Below, piece by piece: positions 1 through 7,782 of a stretch of DNA of 64,000 bases. The DNA is from an uncultured Candidatus Saccharibacteria bacterium (GTDB lineage Bacteria; Patescibacteriota; Minisyncoccia; Phycocordibacterales; UBA12088). The notes beneath the pieces are model-generated. The model was given only the letters and a program-made list of their open reading frames with translations, did no database searches and had not been told where the DNA came from. Both the position numbers and the translations under genes were made by a program. Within the stretch, counting starts at the first letter, position 1. Every line of letters begins with the position of its first letter. Where the stretch lies: assembly GCA_964567265.1 (NCBI GenBank), contig CAZMLK010000001.1:331723-395722 (forward strand). Direction: 5' to 3'.

Positions 1-393
1 GCGGAACTTTTCCTCCAGGTGCGTCTCAGCCGCAAGATCGCGGCCGATTCGAATCACCGCCTTTCTGAGGCGTCCGTGTGGCAGATTATTCGCCACCTTC
101 TCACGAACCCTATACGGGTTGAGCACCACGGCGAGGAATGCCACGTCTACTTCGAAGGCTTGGTTTCCTATGCTGGTACGCTCGAGGACACGCTTCGCGA
201 CGTTCCCGCCGGTGCGCATATCCACCTTACGGAAAAGACTCTCTATGTATGCGCCGAGGCCATGAGCCGCATCCACGACTTCGTCGACCGTCATGGCGGC
301 GGCCTCATCATCCACGAGGCATTGGTTCCTTGTGGAAATAAAACCACTTCGGCACGTCGGTTTACTCCCGGTGTCGCCGAAAGCTTTGCCTAA
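1..393 (+). CDS. hypothetical protein (possibly 5'-partial; GTG at 19 is first possible start)
   Basis: Frame 1 is open from base 1 to stop at 391-393; no recognisable family motif; followed by hairpin + T-tract. Confidence 0.4.
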   Translation, partial: AELFLQVRLSRKIAADSNHRLSEASVWQIIRHLLTNPIRVEHHGEECHVYFEGLVSYAGTLEDTLRDVPAGAHIHLTEKTLYVCAEAMSRIHDFVDRHGGGLIIHEALVPCGNKTTSARRFTPGVAESFA

Positions 394-454
394 TCATACG
401 CATCGAATAGCGTAGCTTGGGTCAGTTCCTTCATTGTTTCGTCCTTCAAATGAA

Positions 455-492
455 CCCCCCGGATTTTATCCGTGAGGGGTTCTTCTTTTTTT
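455..492 (+). terminator. rho-independent terminator-like hairpin
   Basis: CCCCCCGGAT-TTT-ATCCG..GGGG stem-loop followed by TTCTTCTTTTTTT. Confidence 0.5.
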
Positions 493-536
493 GGGCTTTT
501 CTTGCTAGGATTCGTCGTATCGTTCTATCAACGCTG

Positions 537-607
537 GGGCCTATAGTTCAGCGGTAGAATGCATCCATGGCATGGATGAGGCCGGGGTCCGACTCCCCGT
601 AGGTCCA
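537..607 (+). tRNA. tRNA-Ala (anticodon GGC), atypical T-loop
   Basis: Cloverleaf read by hand: acceptor GGGCCTA/TAGGTCC with G3:U70 Ala identity pair, anticodon loop ATGGCAT, discriminator A; T-loop reads TCCGACT (C at position 55 instead of U). Confidence 0.75.
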
Positions 608-641
608 CAGGATTCGGGAGAAGGAAAAAATTGAACCCTTT

Positions 642-673
642 GTCGGGGTGTAGTACAGGGGTAGTATACACGC
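642..673 (+). repeat. 32-nt direct duplicate of tRNA-Pro 5' half (acceptor 5' strand + D arm + 5' anticodon stem)
   Basis: GTCGGGGTGTAGTACAGGGGTAGTATACACGC occurs identically at 642-673 and 691-722; second copy is the 5' part of the intact tRNA. Confidence 0.9.
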
Positions 674-692
674 GCGGGGTTGGATTTTGTGT

Positions 693-763
693 CGGGGTGT
701 AGTACAGGGGTAGTATACACGCTTCGGGTGCGTGAGACCCGAGTTCGATTCTCGGCACCCCGA
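693..763 (+). tRNA. tRNA-Pro (anticodon CGG)
   Basis: Acceptor CGGGGTG/CACCCCG (C1:G72 as in bacterial tRNA-Pro), D stem GTAC/GTAT, anticodon loop TTCGGGT (CGG, G37), T loop TTCGATT, discriminator A. Confidence 0.85.
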
Positions 764-777
764 CACAAAATCTAACC

Positions 778-797
778 AAAAGTCCTGCGGACTTTTG
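778..797 (+). terminator. rho-independent terminator after tRNA-Pro
   Basis: AAAAGTCC-TGC-GGACTTTT perfect 8-bp stem with U-tract. Confidence 0.6.
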
Positions 798-803
798 CGG
801 CAT

Positions 804-861
804 GTCGGAAGAGAGACCTGAGTTCCATTCTCCTACGAGAGGACAGGCCGGCACTCCGACA
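804..861 (+). pseudogene. decayed tRNA-Pro-like remnant (internally deleted copy)
   Basis: GTCGGAAG..GAGACCTGAGTTCCATTCTC..insert..GGCACTCCGACA parallels tRNA-Pro acceptor 5' strand and GAGACCCGAGTTCGATTCTCGGCACCCCGACA 3' half, with point changes and a ~17-nt insertion; D and anticodon arms missing. Confidence 0.5.
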
Positions 862-874
862 AAGAGTTTAAAAT

Positions 875-948
875 GGGCGCGTAGCTCAGTTGGTTAGAGC
901 GTACGCTTCACACGCGTAAGGTCACAGGTTCGATCCCTGTCGCGCCCA
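875..948 (+). tRNA. tRNA-Val (anticodon CAC)
   Basis: GGGCGCG acceptor, D arm GCTC-AGTTGGTTA-GAGC, anticodon loop TTCACAC, T loop TTCGATC, CGCGCCC-A 3' end. Confidence 0.9.
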
Positions 949-961
949 CAGGAAAAGATAT

Positions 962-1034
962 GGGCCTGTAGCTCAGCTGGTAGAGCGCTGCATTCGCATT
1001 GCAGAGGTCAGGGGTTCGACTCCCCTCAGGTCCA
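962..1034 (+). tRNA. tRNA-Ala (anticodon CGC)
   Basis: GGGCCTG acceptor with G3:U70, anticodon loop TTCGCAT, T loop TTCGACT, CAGGTCC-A. Confidence 0.9.
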
Positions 1035-1109
1035 CCGAGCAAGGCGAGGTACTGAGGGGGGGACGGCCGGAAGGAAATCTCCCCCGGACATTTTCTGGAG
1101 AATCAGTAT

Positions 1110-1118
1110 TGCTATACT
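1110..1118 (+). promoter_or_regulatory. extended -10 element TGCTATACT upstream of tag
   Basis: TGnTATACT motif; the same 9-mer precedes genes at 4746 and 39054. Confidence 0.4.
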
Positions 1119-1159
1119 GTTTCTCAGGTCGGGAGCGCTTAGTAATTTTCGAGCTTGCG

Positions 1160-1789
1160 ATGAAAAATACTTTGCAACTCGTGACTCGACCTCTCAGGTC
1201 CGCTACAGTGAATACAATCAAAAAAGACCATGCACGCCGATGCGACTGGGCTGGGGATGATCCGCTCATGCAGGAGTATCATGATACGGAGTGGGGAACT
1301 GCGGTGCATGACGACAAAAAGCTCTTTGAATTCCTAGTGCTCGAGAGTGCACAGGCGGGACTCAGCTGGAGGACCGTGCTTCACAAGCGAGAGAACTACC
1401 GAAAGGCATTTGCGAATTTTGATGTGCAGAAAGTGTCCAGGTTTACTGAAAAGGATGTCGGACGCTTGCTCCTCAATTCAGGCATCATCCGGAATCGCGC
1501 GAAGATTGCCGCCGTGATACGTAATGCAAAGCATTTTCTGGAAATCCAAAAGGAATTCGGAAGTTTCGCCGCGTACTCGTGGGGATTCGTGAAAGGGAAG
1601 CCGCTTCGCCATAAAATCAAGAAACAGTCTGACATTCCAGTGACCACTCCCGAAGCGCACTTGCTCGCGGCCGACCTCAGGCGAAGAGGATTCAAGTTCC
1701 TGGGCCCGACCATCGTGTACGCGCATATGCAAGCCGTCGGTATGGCGAATGACCACATGGCCCGCTGCTTCCGATCCCGAAAATCCTAG
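1160..1789 (+). CDS. tag: DNA-3-methyladenine glycosylase I
   Basis: RCDWAGDDPLMQEYHDTEWG, KKLFEFLVLESAQAGLSWRTVLHKRENYRKAF, GFKFLGPT..MQAVGMANDH match Tag family; ATG at 1160 preferred over TTG at 1109. Confidence 0.85.
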   Translation: MKNTLQLVTRPLRSATVNTIKKDHARRCDWAGDDPLMQEYHDTEWGTAVHDDKKLFEFLVLESAQAGLSWRTVLHKRENYRKAFANFDVQKVSRFTEKDVGRLLLNSGIIRNRAKIAAVIRNAKHFLEIQKEFGSFAAYSWGFVKGKPLRHKIKKQSDIPVTTPEAHLLAADLRRRGFKFLGPTIVYAHMQAVGMANDHMARCFRSRKS

Positions 1790-1885
1790 GAGGCATCCCG
1801 CGCAGGCGGTCGCCTTGCTAAAATTGTAAAATCATGCTATAACTCGGCGGGATCTATTCGTGATCTCGAATCTTGGAGAAACGAA

Positions 1886-3076
1886 GTGACGCTGTTTCGA
1901 CATCTGCGCAATTCGCTACTCGGTCTTTCGGTACTCTGTCAGCTGCTCTGGCCATCGGTCACACACGCAGCCGTGCCTGATCCACTTACGTACAAGTGGA
2001 AGGCTGGATCTACCTATCTTCGAGACAATTGGGATGCGCTGCTGGTCGATGGACTGACCGGATCGTATGTCAGCGTGTTTCAAGTCGGCACAGAGTGGTT
2101 TGGTTACAGCACTGAGTGGCCGCGCGATCCTGCTGCACCAGGGGTATGCCCGGGTACCAAGTGTCCCGGATTAATACGATTTGCTGGTGTTTCGCCGTAC
2201 AATCTATCCCAATCGCGGCAGATTGTACTGCCAAATGCGGCGATCAACGACGTGTTCGAGTGGAATTCGGCGACGCGAACCTACAGCGCAACTCTTGCTG
2301 CAAAGCGGATGTTCACCCGTCCGACCATCTTCAAGGTACGGAAGGCGGATGGTGGAGGTGACTATTGGGGGTTCATCTACGTCACCAACAGCTATCCACC
2401 TGTCGACGGGCGCGTATTTCCAGCAACGATCCACTCCAAGGACGGCATTAACTGGACCTACTTGGGGAAAGTTGCGGGTGATCTGGCTAGTCTCTTCCCG
2501 GACGGTGCGCCGTACTGGGGTAGCGGCCATGCGCTCGAAGTCCGTGCGGGTACGATCCCTCTCAACATGAATGTCCCGGCGGCAAATAAGTTTTTTGCCC
2601 TCATCGATGGGACGAGGATCGGGGTGCGGCTCGCTGCACTCTTCTCGTCAGATGGCCATACCTGGTATCTGGGGAGAAATCCCAACGGCACGGTCGAGGA
2701 ACTCTTGCCCGACGATCTCGCGCTCCGCATGATCGGCCCCGTCTTTCCTTCCGTACGAAGGGTAGGCACTGCGGGGTATATCGCGGCGGTGCCGGATGGC
2801 TGGTATACGACCGGTGCTTCGATTCGAAATGTCGCACTGATGCATTCCTGCGACGGAAAAAAATGGCAGGCACTCGGCGACCCCGACCGCCAGCACCCCA
2901 CGTTTATCGGGCAGAAGACCTCCAGCCTGACGTACTACGATCCAAGCGCTCGGAAACTGTACCTGTTCGCCTCCTGGGGTAGCGGCATTGATACTTCAAA
3001 CTTTACACAGATCTTGAACGAAGTCAGCGTGCCGAAAACAATCCCATGCCCCGTGGGAACGGTGGTCATCCCGTAA
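1886..3076 (+). CDS. secreted hypothetical protein (signal peptide; GTG start)
   Basis: N-terminal signal peptide ..LWPSVTHA|AVP; GGAG 8 nt upstream of GTG; rich in W/Y/G, beta-rich character; no assignable family. Confidence 0.7.
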   Translation: MTLFRHLRNSLLGLSVLCQLLWPSVTHAAVPDPLTYKWKAGSTYLRDNWDALLVDGLTGSYVSVFQVGTEWFGYSTEWPRDPAAPGVCPGTKCPGLIRFAGVSPYNLSQSRQIVLPNAAINDVFEWNSATRTYSATLAAKRMFTRPTIFKVRKADGGGDYWGFIYVTNSYPPVDGRVFPATIHSKDGINWTYLGKVAGDLASLFPDGAPYWGSGHALEVRAGTIPLNMNVPAANKFFALIDGTRIGVRLAALFSSDGHTWYLGRNPNGTVEELLPDDLALRMIGPVFPSVRRVGTAGYIAAVPDGWYTTGASIRNVALMHSCDGKKWQALGDPDRQHPTFIGQKTSSLTYYDPSARKLYLFASWGSGIDTSNFTQILNEVSVPKTIPCPVGTVVIP

Positions 3077-3111
3077 ACAAATACGCTCATCGCTGTACTT
3101 TCACCCTCTCA

Positions 3112-3147
3112 AGCGCCCGGACCCATAGGTCCGGGCGCTTTCCTTTT
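3112..3147 (+). terminator. rho-independent terminator
   Basis: AGCGCCCGGACC-CATA-GGTCCGGGCGCT 12-bp stem followed by TTCCTTTTG. Confidence 0.7.
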
Positions 3148-3190
3148 GAAGATGATGTTGAATTCAAATACGTTTGATACACTGTACGGC

Positions 3191-3886
3191 ATGAAGGGCG
3201 TTATTCTTGCAGGCGGACTTGGAACACGGCTCCGTCCCATCACGCTCGAGATTCCCAAGCCGCTTCTCACGGTGCACCGGAAACCGATTGTCGAGCACAT
3301 CGTCGATCGGTTTCGTGTCGCGGATATACAAGAGCTTTTTGTGATTGTAAATGAAGCTGATTTGCCTCTTTTCGAAAAATGGAAGCGAGATGCCGCTCCC
3401 GAAGTCACGCTAGTCACGGAAGTCGGAAGACTTGGTACATGGGGCGGGCTCATCAGATACCTCGGCCCTAGACTTACCGAGACGTTTGTAGTCGCAAATG
3501 GTGATGTGCTGAACGCGGTATCACTCGCGGATCTCGTCATCGCGCATCAATCGAGCGATGCTTCGATCACGCTCCATACAGTCGAAGTCCCGAACCCTTC
3601 GGATTTCGGCGTATTCGAGAGCGATGCGGAAGGAGTGATTCGAAAATTCCACTACAAGCCGGCAGAACCGCCCTCACGGTACATCATGTCGGGCGATTAT
3701 GTCGTCGAGCCGTCGGTGCTTCTCCGATGTCCTGATGCGGACGTCGTCTCTTTCGAAACGGATGTCCTGCCTAATGAAATCGCGGCAGGTACTGTTCGAG
3801 AATTCCAATCGGCAGGGCAGTGGCACGACTGCGGGACCTTCGACCGGTACGAAAAGGCGATTTTGGAATGGCCGAAAACAGTGTAG
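3191..3886 (+). CDS. sugar-phosphate nucleotidyltransferase (NTP_transferase family)
   Basis: MKGVILAGGLGTRLRPIT..KPLL glycine-rich nucleotide-binding motif; alternative upstream starts TTG 3146/ATG 3152 overlap the terminator. Confidence 0.8.
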   Translation: MKGVILAGGLGTRLRPITLEIPKPLLTVHRKPIVEHIVDRFRVADIQELFVIVNEADLPLFEKWKRDAAPEVTLVTEVGRLGTWGGLIRYLGPRLTETFVVANGDVLNAVSLADLVIAHQSSDASITLHTVEVPNPSDFGVFESDAEGVIRKFHYKPAEPPSRYIMSGDYVVEPSVLLRCPDADVVSFETDVLPNEIAAGTVREFQSAGQWHDCGTFDRYEKAILEWPKTV

Positions 3887-3897
3887 TATCAGAAGTT

Positions 3898-4728
3898 ATG
3901 CACGAACCATTCATCCAGAGGCAGGTCATCCCGCTCGCTTTGACGATCATCATATTCGGTATCCTCGTCGTGGTACTGGCTGGCGAGATCCTCGCACTCA
4001 ACCATTTCACGGATGCAGATATCCTTTTCCACATACGCCCATTCGATATTCTTATCGGGCTCACTATCTACCTGAAGACATCAATTGATTTCGCGATTTT
4101 CATGGGCAGGCTCATGGACCAGTTCGGCGGTTGGAAGAATCGTATCGCGATCGAGATCGGGACCGCGGTCGGTAATGCCGGCGGCACCATGATCGTGCTC
4201 GCGATCTGGGCCTTCTTCAAGGAAGTCGAGATTCTTCTTGCAGTGATGATCTTCCTTGCCGCACTCGTATTGTTCCGCCTTGCGGAAGAGGGGCTCGAGC
4301 ATGCTGATGCGGGAGACAACAAGTTCCCGAAATGGTTCCAATTCATCGTCACGGGCTTCAGCCACGCGCTTGCTGCGGTGAATGCGGTCATTGCGCCTGT
4401 TCTCAAATATGTCGTCCCGAACCTAAAGGCGAAAGTCGGCGTCCGGACGACCTTCTGGTCCTTGTTCGCATTCTCGTTCAGCGTCCCTTTCATCCTGGGC
4501 CTCGACGACTTCGCAGGGTACGTGCCGCTTTTCAGTATCGTAAGCGTGTTCGGATTCGCGATCGGCGTCTTCCTCGGGCACATGATCCTCAATATCTTCC
4601 TCTATCTAAATCCTGCGGTCACGATTCGCATCGTGAAGAATCCGATCATCTCATTCCTCGGAAGTGTCGCGTTCGTGGGCCTCGGTGTCTGGGGACTGAT
4701 AGAAGTGTTCAAAATTCTGATGCACTAG
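3898..4728 (+). CDS. multi-pass membrane protein, unknown function
   Basis: ~8 predicted hydrophobic helices; alternative starts at 3868/3820 overlap upstream gene. Confidence 0.6.
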   Translation: MHEPFIQRQVIPLALTIIIFGILVVVLAGEILALNHFTDADILFHIRPFDILIGLTIYLKTSIDFAIFMGRLMDQFGGWKNRIAIEIGTAVGNAGGTMIVLAIWAFFKEVEILLAVMIFLAALVLFRLAEEGLEHADAGDNKFPKWFQFIVTGFSHALAAVNAVIAPVLKYVVPNLKAKVGVRTTFWSLFAFSFSVPFILGLDDFAGYVPLFSIVSVFGFAIGVFLGHMILNIFLYLNPAVTIRIVKNPIISFLGSVAFVGLGVWGLIEVFKILMH

Positions 4729-4737
4729 TGCTATACT
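4729..4737 (+). promoter_or_regulatory. TGCTATACT extended -10; predicts leaderless mRNA for gene at 4746
   Basis: -10 hexamer ends 8 nt before ATG 4746. Confidence 0.4.
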
Positions 4738-4745
4738 CGAGCTAA

Positions 4746-5216
4746 ATGGCGAAGCGACCTCCACAAATCAAGACCAACACAGAACGTTTCACTGCCTGGG
4801 TCGGATCCCAAGAATCGGTCGTTGTGCATACGGTGGTATTCGCGTTCGCGCTGGTCTCTGGATTCCTGCACTTCGCTCCGTGGGACTTGGTGCTGCTGAT
4901 ACTCACGACTGCAGTCTCGCTTGAAGCGATCTATCTCGCGATATTCATCCAGATGTCGGTCAATAAGAACACCGAGAGCCTCCGCGAAGTCGAAGAGGAT
5001 GTTGAGGAAATCCAGGAAGACATCGAGGATATCAACGAGGACATCGAGGAGATCGAGAAGGATGTGGGCGAGATCGCCGAAGATGTCGAGGAAATGACCG
5101 AGGAGGAGGCGGAGGAAGAAGCGCGTGAGAAGCGCCATGATGTGACGCTTGAAGCAATTACCACGAATCTGCAACAGCTTCTCGCTGATGTCGAAAATCT
5201 TAAAAAAGGACGTTGA
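4746..5216 (+). CDS. membrane protein with acidic E/D-rich coiled-coil repeat tail
   Basis: Two N-terminal TM helices then EEDVEEIQEDIEDINEDIEEIEKDVGEIAEDVEEM repeats. Confidence 0.65.
   Translation: MAKRPPQIKTNTERFTAWVGSQESVVVHTVVFAFALVSGFLHFAPWDLVLLILTTAVSLEAIYLAIFIQMSVNKNTESLREVEEDVEEIQEDIEDINEDIEEIEKDVGEIAEDVEEMTEEEAEEEAREKRHDVTLEAITTNLQQLLADVENLKKGR
4992..5122 (+). repeat. in-frame imperfect tandem repeat (period ~9/18 nt) encoding ED(I/V)EEI units
   Basis: GAGGATATCAACGAGGACATCGAGGAGATCGAGAAGGATGTG.. repeated GA(G/A)GA(T/C)ATC units. Confidence 0.6.
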
Positions 5217-5226
5217 TAACTTCGCA

Positions 5227-5253
5227 TTGTCAAACGTTTTTGGATGCTATACT
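5227..5253 (+). promoter_or_regulatory. sigma70-like promoter TTGTCA-15-TGCTATACT
   Basis: -35 TTGTCA 5227-5232, extended -10 TGCTATACT 5245-5253. Confidence 0.45.
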
Positions 5254-5283
5254 AGCAGTATTACAAGTTATGTGACTTCGGAT

Positions 5284-5412
5284 ATGCACGGTGTATGCAA
5301 AGAGTGTGGGGTGGCCTCGGACAAGGCAATGGTCTGCAACAACGAAGAATGCAGCGCCAAAGGGCAGACACTTGATGCCTGCAACTGCGAGGATGGGTCG
5401 CACAGCGAGTAG
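5284..5412 (+). CDS. small cysteine-rich protein (42 aa, 6 Cys)
   Basis: MHGVCKECGVASDKAMVCNNEECSAKGQTLDACNCEDGSHSE; CxxC..C..C..CxC spacing; own promoter upstream; longer ORF from 5149 has no support. Confidence 0.45.
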   Translation: MHGVCKECGVASDKAMVCNNEECSAKGQTLDACNCEDGSHSE

Positions 5413-5490
5413 GATTTCCCCATATTACAAGTTCTTGAAGCCCGGATACGATTGCCGGGCGAGGTTTTTCGTTTCTAACTACCAGTACGT

Positions 5491-5739
5491 ATGTCTATTG
5501 AAAATCGAGCAAACGTTGAAGGGGCGGGGCATGGGGAGCCTACATTCGAGGAAGCTATTGAAATATTGAAGGGCAGCCAGCCAGAACTTGGTGACTTTGA
5601 GATCGTAAGCATCTCCCCAAGCCGTATCACGGATACCCCGTATTACCTGGTGAATATTCGGGCTGGGGAGGGAGAGGAGGCATTCCTCGTGGATTTCGAT
5701 TCCGGGGAGGTAAAAAAGTGGGCGACGGTAGAGCGATAG
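5491..5739 (+). CDS. small hypothetical protein, PepSY-like pattern
   Basis: ..YYLVNIRAGEGEEAFLVDFDSGEV.. resembles PepSY domain consensus; followed by strong terminator. Confidence 0.5.
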   Translation: MSIENRANVEGAGHGEPTFEEAIEILKGSQPELGDFEIVSISPSRITDTPYYLVNIRAGEGEEAFLVDFDSGEVKKWATVER

Positions 5740-5762
5740 GGGATTTCGGACTCAAATCACTC

Positions 5763-5811
5763 AAAAAAGCCCCGCCGGCATTCGCAAAGCGAATGCCGGC
5801 GGGGCTTTTTT
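5763..5811. terminator. strong bidirectional rho-independent terminator
   Basis: AAAAAAGCCCCGCCGGCATTCGC-AAA-GCGAATGCCGGCGGGGCTTTTTT. Confidence 0.85.
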
Positions 5812-5851
5812 GCCGAATCACGCATCCGCCTTTCATCTAAGCCAATATTCG

Positions 5852-5860
5852 TGTTACAAT
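5852..5860 (+). promoter_or_regulatory. atp operon promoter, extended -10 TGTTACAAT
   Basis: TGnTACAAT ending 10 nt before ATG 5871; implies very short or no leader. Confidence 0.45.
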
Positions 5861-5870
5861 GCGGGCGTTT

Positions 5871-6614
5871 ATGGAACACGGAATCCACATCGCGCTGGCA
5901 CCTGAGGTGCTTTTTCATATAGGGAGTTTGCCAGTGACGAATACCCTGGTGACCAGCTGGGCAGTCATCTTGCTTCTTGTTGGACTCGCGCTTCTCGTCG
6001 GAAGGCGGCTTTCCCTGATTCCGGGTCGCATTCAGACCCTCTTCGAAAGCGGAATCGGTTTTGTGTATGACTATGTAAGCGAGATCTTGGGTTCTGAGGC
6101 GCTTACGCGGCGTTTCTTCCCGCTCCTCATGACGCTCTTCCTCTTCATCTTTGTCTCGAACCTCCTCGAATTCACTCCTGGCATTGGAAGCATCGGATTC
6201 TTCCACGAGGGGGAATTCATCCCTCTCTTCCGGAGCGTCAATACCGACCTCAACGTGACCCTGGCGCTCACCATCATCGTCGTCACGATCATAGAGATCT
6301 CAGGAGTCATCGCGCTCGGTTTCTTCCGGTACGGAGGCAAGTTCCTTAACTTCTCGTCGCCAGTCAACTTCATCGTCGGCATTATCGAGCTCATCAGCGA
6401 GATCGCGCGCCTCATCACCTTCTCCTTCAGGCTTTTCGGGAACGTGTTCGCAGGCGAGGTGCTTATCGCAGTCGCGACCTTCTTCGTGCCCTACATCCTT
6501 CCGGTGCCGATCATGGCGTTCGAGATGTTCGTGGGCTTCGTGCAGGCAGCGATCTTCACGCTTTTAGCCCTGTTTTTTATCAAGCTCGCGGTCACGGACC
6601 CTCACGCTCACTAG
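5871..6614 (+). CDS. atpB: F0F1 ATP synthase subunit a
   Basis: SFRLFGNVFAGEVL (conserved Arg motif), multi-TM; upstream ATG 5859 lies inside the -10 element. Confidence 0.9.
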   Translation: MEHGIHIALAPEVLFHIGSLPVTNTLVTSWAVILLLVGLALLVGRRLSLIPGRIQTLFESGIGFVYDYVSEILGSEALTRRFFPLLMTLFLFIFVSNLLEFTPGIGSIGFFHEGEFIPLFRSVNTDLNVTLALTIIVVTIIEISGVIALGFFRYGGKFLNFSSPVNFIVGIIELISEIARLITFSFRLFGNVFAGEVLIAVATFFVPYILPVPIMAFEMFVGFVQAAIFTLLALFFIKLAVTDPHAH

Positions 6615-6676
6615 GGGCGGGAAGAGTGGGCACATGGCGGATTTTGTGTTACAGTACAGCCATAACTTATAAATAA

Positions 6677-6925
<249 letters not shown>

Positions 6926-6938
6926 CCCGACCGGTGTC

Positions 6939-7388
6939 ATGGGAGATCTCTTCTCGACATTTGGCATCAATGGCTATCTCCTCCTTACCCAGGCGGTGAA
7001 CTTTGCTGTTCTCTTGACGGCGCTCTGGTACTTCCTCTACAAGCCGGTGTTCAAGCTGCTCGATGAGCGGAGCCGTAAGATAGCTGAAGGTGTCCGCGAG
7101 GCAGAAGCGGCAAAGGAGAAATTGAGGGAGGCCGATAGCGAAAAGCAGAGCATCCTTAAGAGTGCGAACAGCGAGGCCGAAGGCATCGTCTCGAACGCGA
7201 AGGAATTCGCGGCTTCGAAGGGCGACCAGATGGTCAAGGAAGCGCAGGCAAAAAGCGAAGCGCTTCTTGCAGAAGCAAAAATGCGTGCCGAGGAAGCCAA
7301 GAAGAAAGCACTCCAGGAAAGCGAGGCGGAAGTCGCGCGCATGGCCATCCTTGCAGCTGAAAAGGTGCTTACTCAGAAACACGGCTAG
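6939..7388 (+). CDS. atpF: F0F1 ATP synthase subunit b
   Basis: single N-terminal TM then long charged coiled coil (AEGVREAEAAKEKLREA..). Confidence 0.9.
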   Translation: MGDLFSTFGINGYLLLTQAVNFAVLLTALWYFLYKPVFKLLDERSRKIAEGVREAEAAKEKLREADSEKQSILKSANSEAEGIVSNAKEFAASKGDQMVKEAQAKSEALLAEAKMRAEEAKKKALQESEAEVARMAILAAEKVLTQKHG

Positions 7389-7391
7389 CAT

Positions 7392-7769
7392 ATGGCACTT
7401 GCTTCTGAATATGCCGCGCTCCTCGTAGAGCTTTCAAAGTCCGCTGAGACTGCGAAGGTTGAGGAGGAGTTTCTCGCGCTTCTCGAGAGGCGAGGTCATC
7501 TGAAGCTGCTTCCGAGCATCGTGACTGCCTACGAGCGCCTCATCGCAAAAGAGAAGAGCGTCTCTGAGCCTGTGCTTACGATCGCACGTGAGTCGGACCG
7601 CCAGGGAGCGCTCGCCGCGGCAAAAGTGGAAATGGGCGGAGCGGTGAGTCCGCGCGTCGAGATCGACGCGAAGCAAGTCGGCGGATGGAGGCTCCAGAAT
7701 GGAAGCACGCTCATCGATCGCACGGAGAAGCGCATGCTCCTCGATCTCTACCGGAAAATGACTGCCTAA
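7392..7769 (+). CDS. atpH: F0F1 ATP synthase subunit delta (short, 125 aa)
   Basis: Position in operon and C-terminal [22 protein letters not shown] resembling OSCP/delta C-terminal motif; N-terminal domain shortened. Confidence 0.8.
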   Translation: MALASEYAALLVELSKSAETAKVEEEFLALLERRGHLKLLPSIVTAYERLIAKEKSVSEPVLTIARESDRQGALAAAKVEMGGAVSPRVEIDAKQVGGWRLQNGSTLIDRTEKRMLLDLYRKMTA

Positions 7770-7782
7770 TTATTTAAATACC

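Noticed and set aside
642-722. Possible CRISPR-like repeat (two identical 32-nt units with a 17-nt spacer)
   Set aside because: There are only two copies. The unit is the 5' half of tRNA-Pro. No cas genes are nearby, and the spacer is far too short.
528-854. 108-aa minus-strand ORF across the tRNA cluster
   Set aside because: It overlaps three tRNA features and is compositionally odd. It is an artefact.
5149-5283. Longer 87-aa version of the Cys-rich ORF
   Set aside because: The extension overlaps the 3' end of the preceding gene and the predicted promoter. The ATG at 5284 downstream of the -10 is more consistent.
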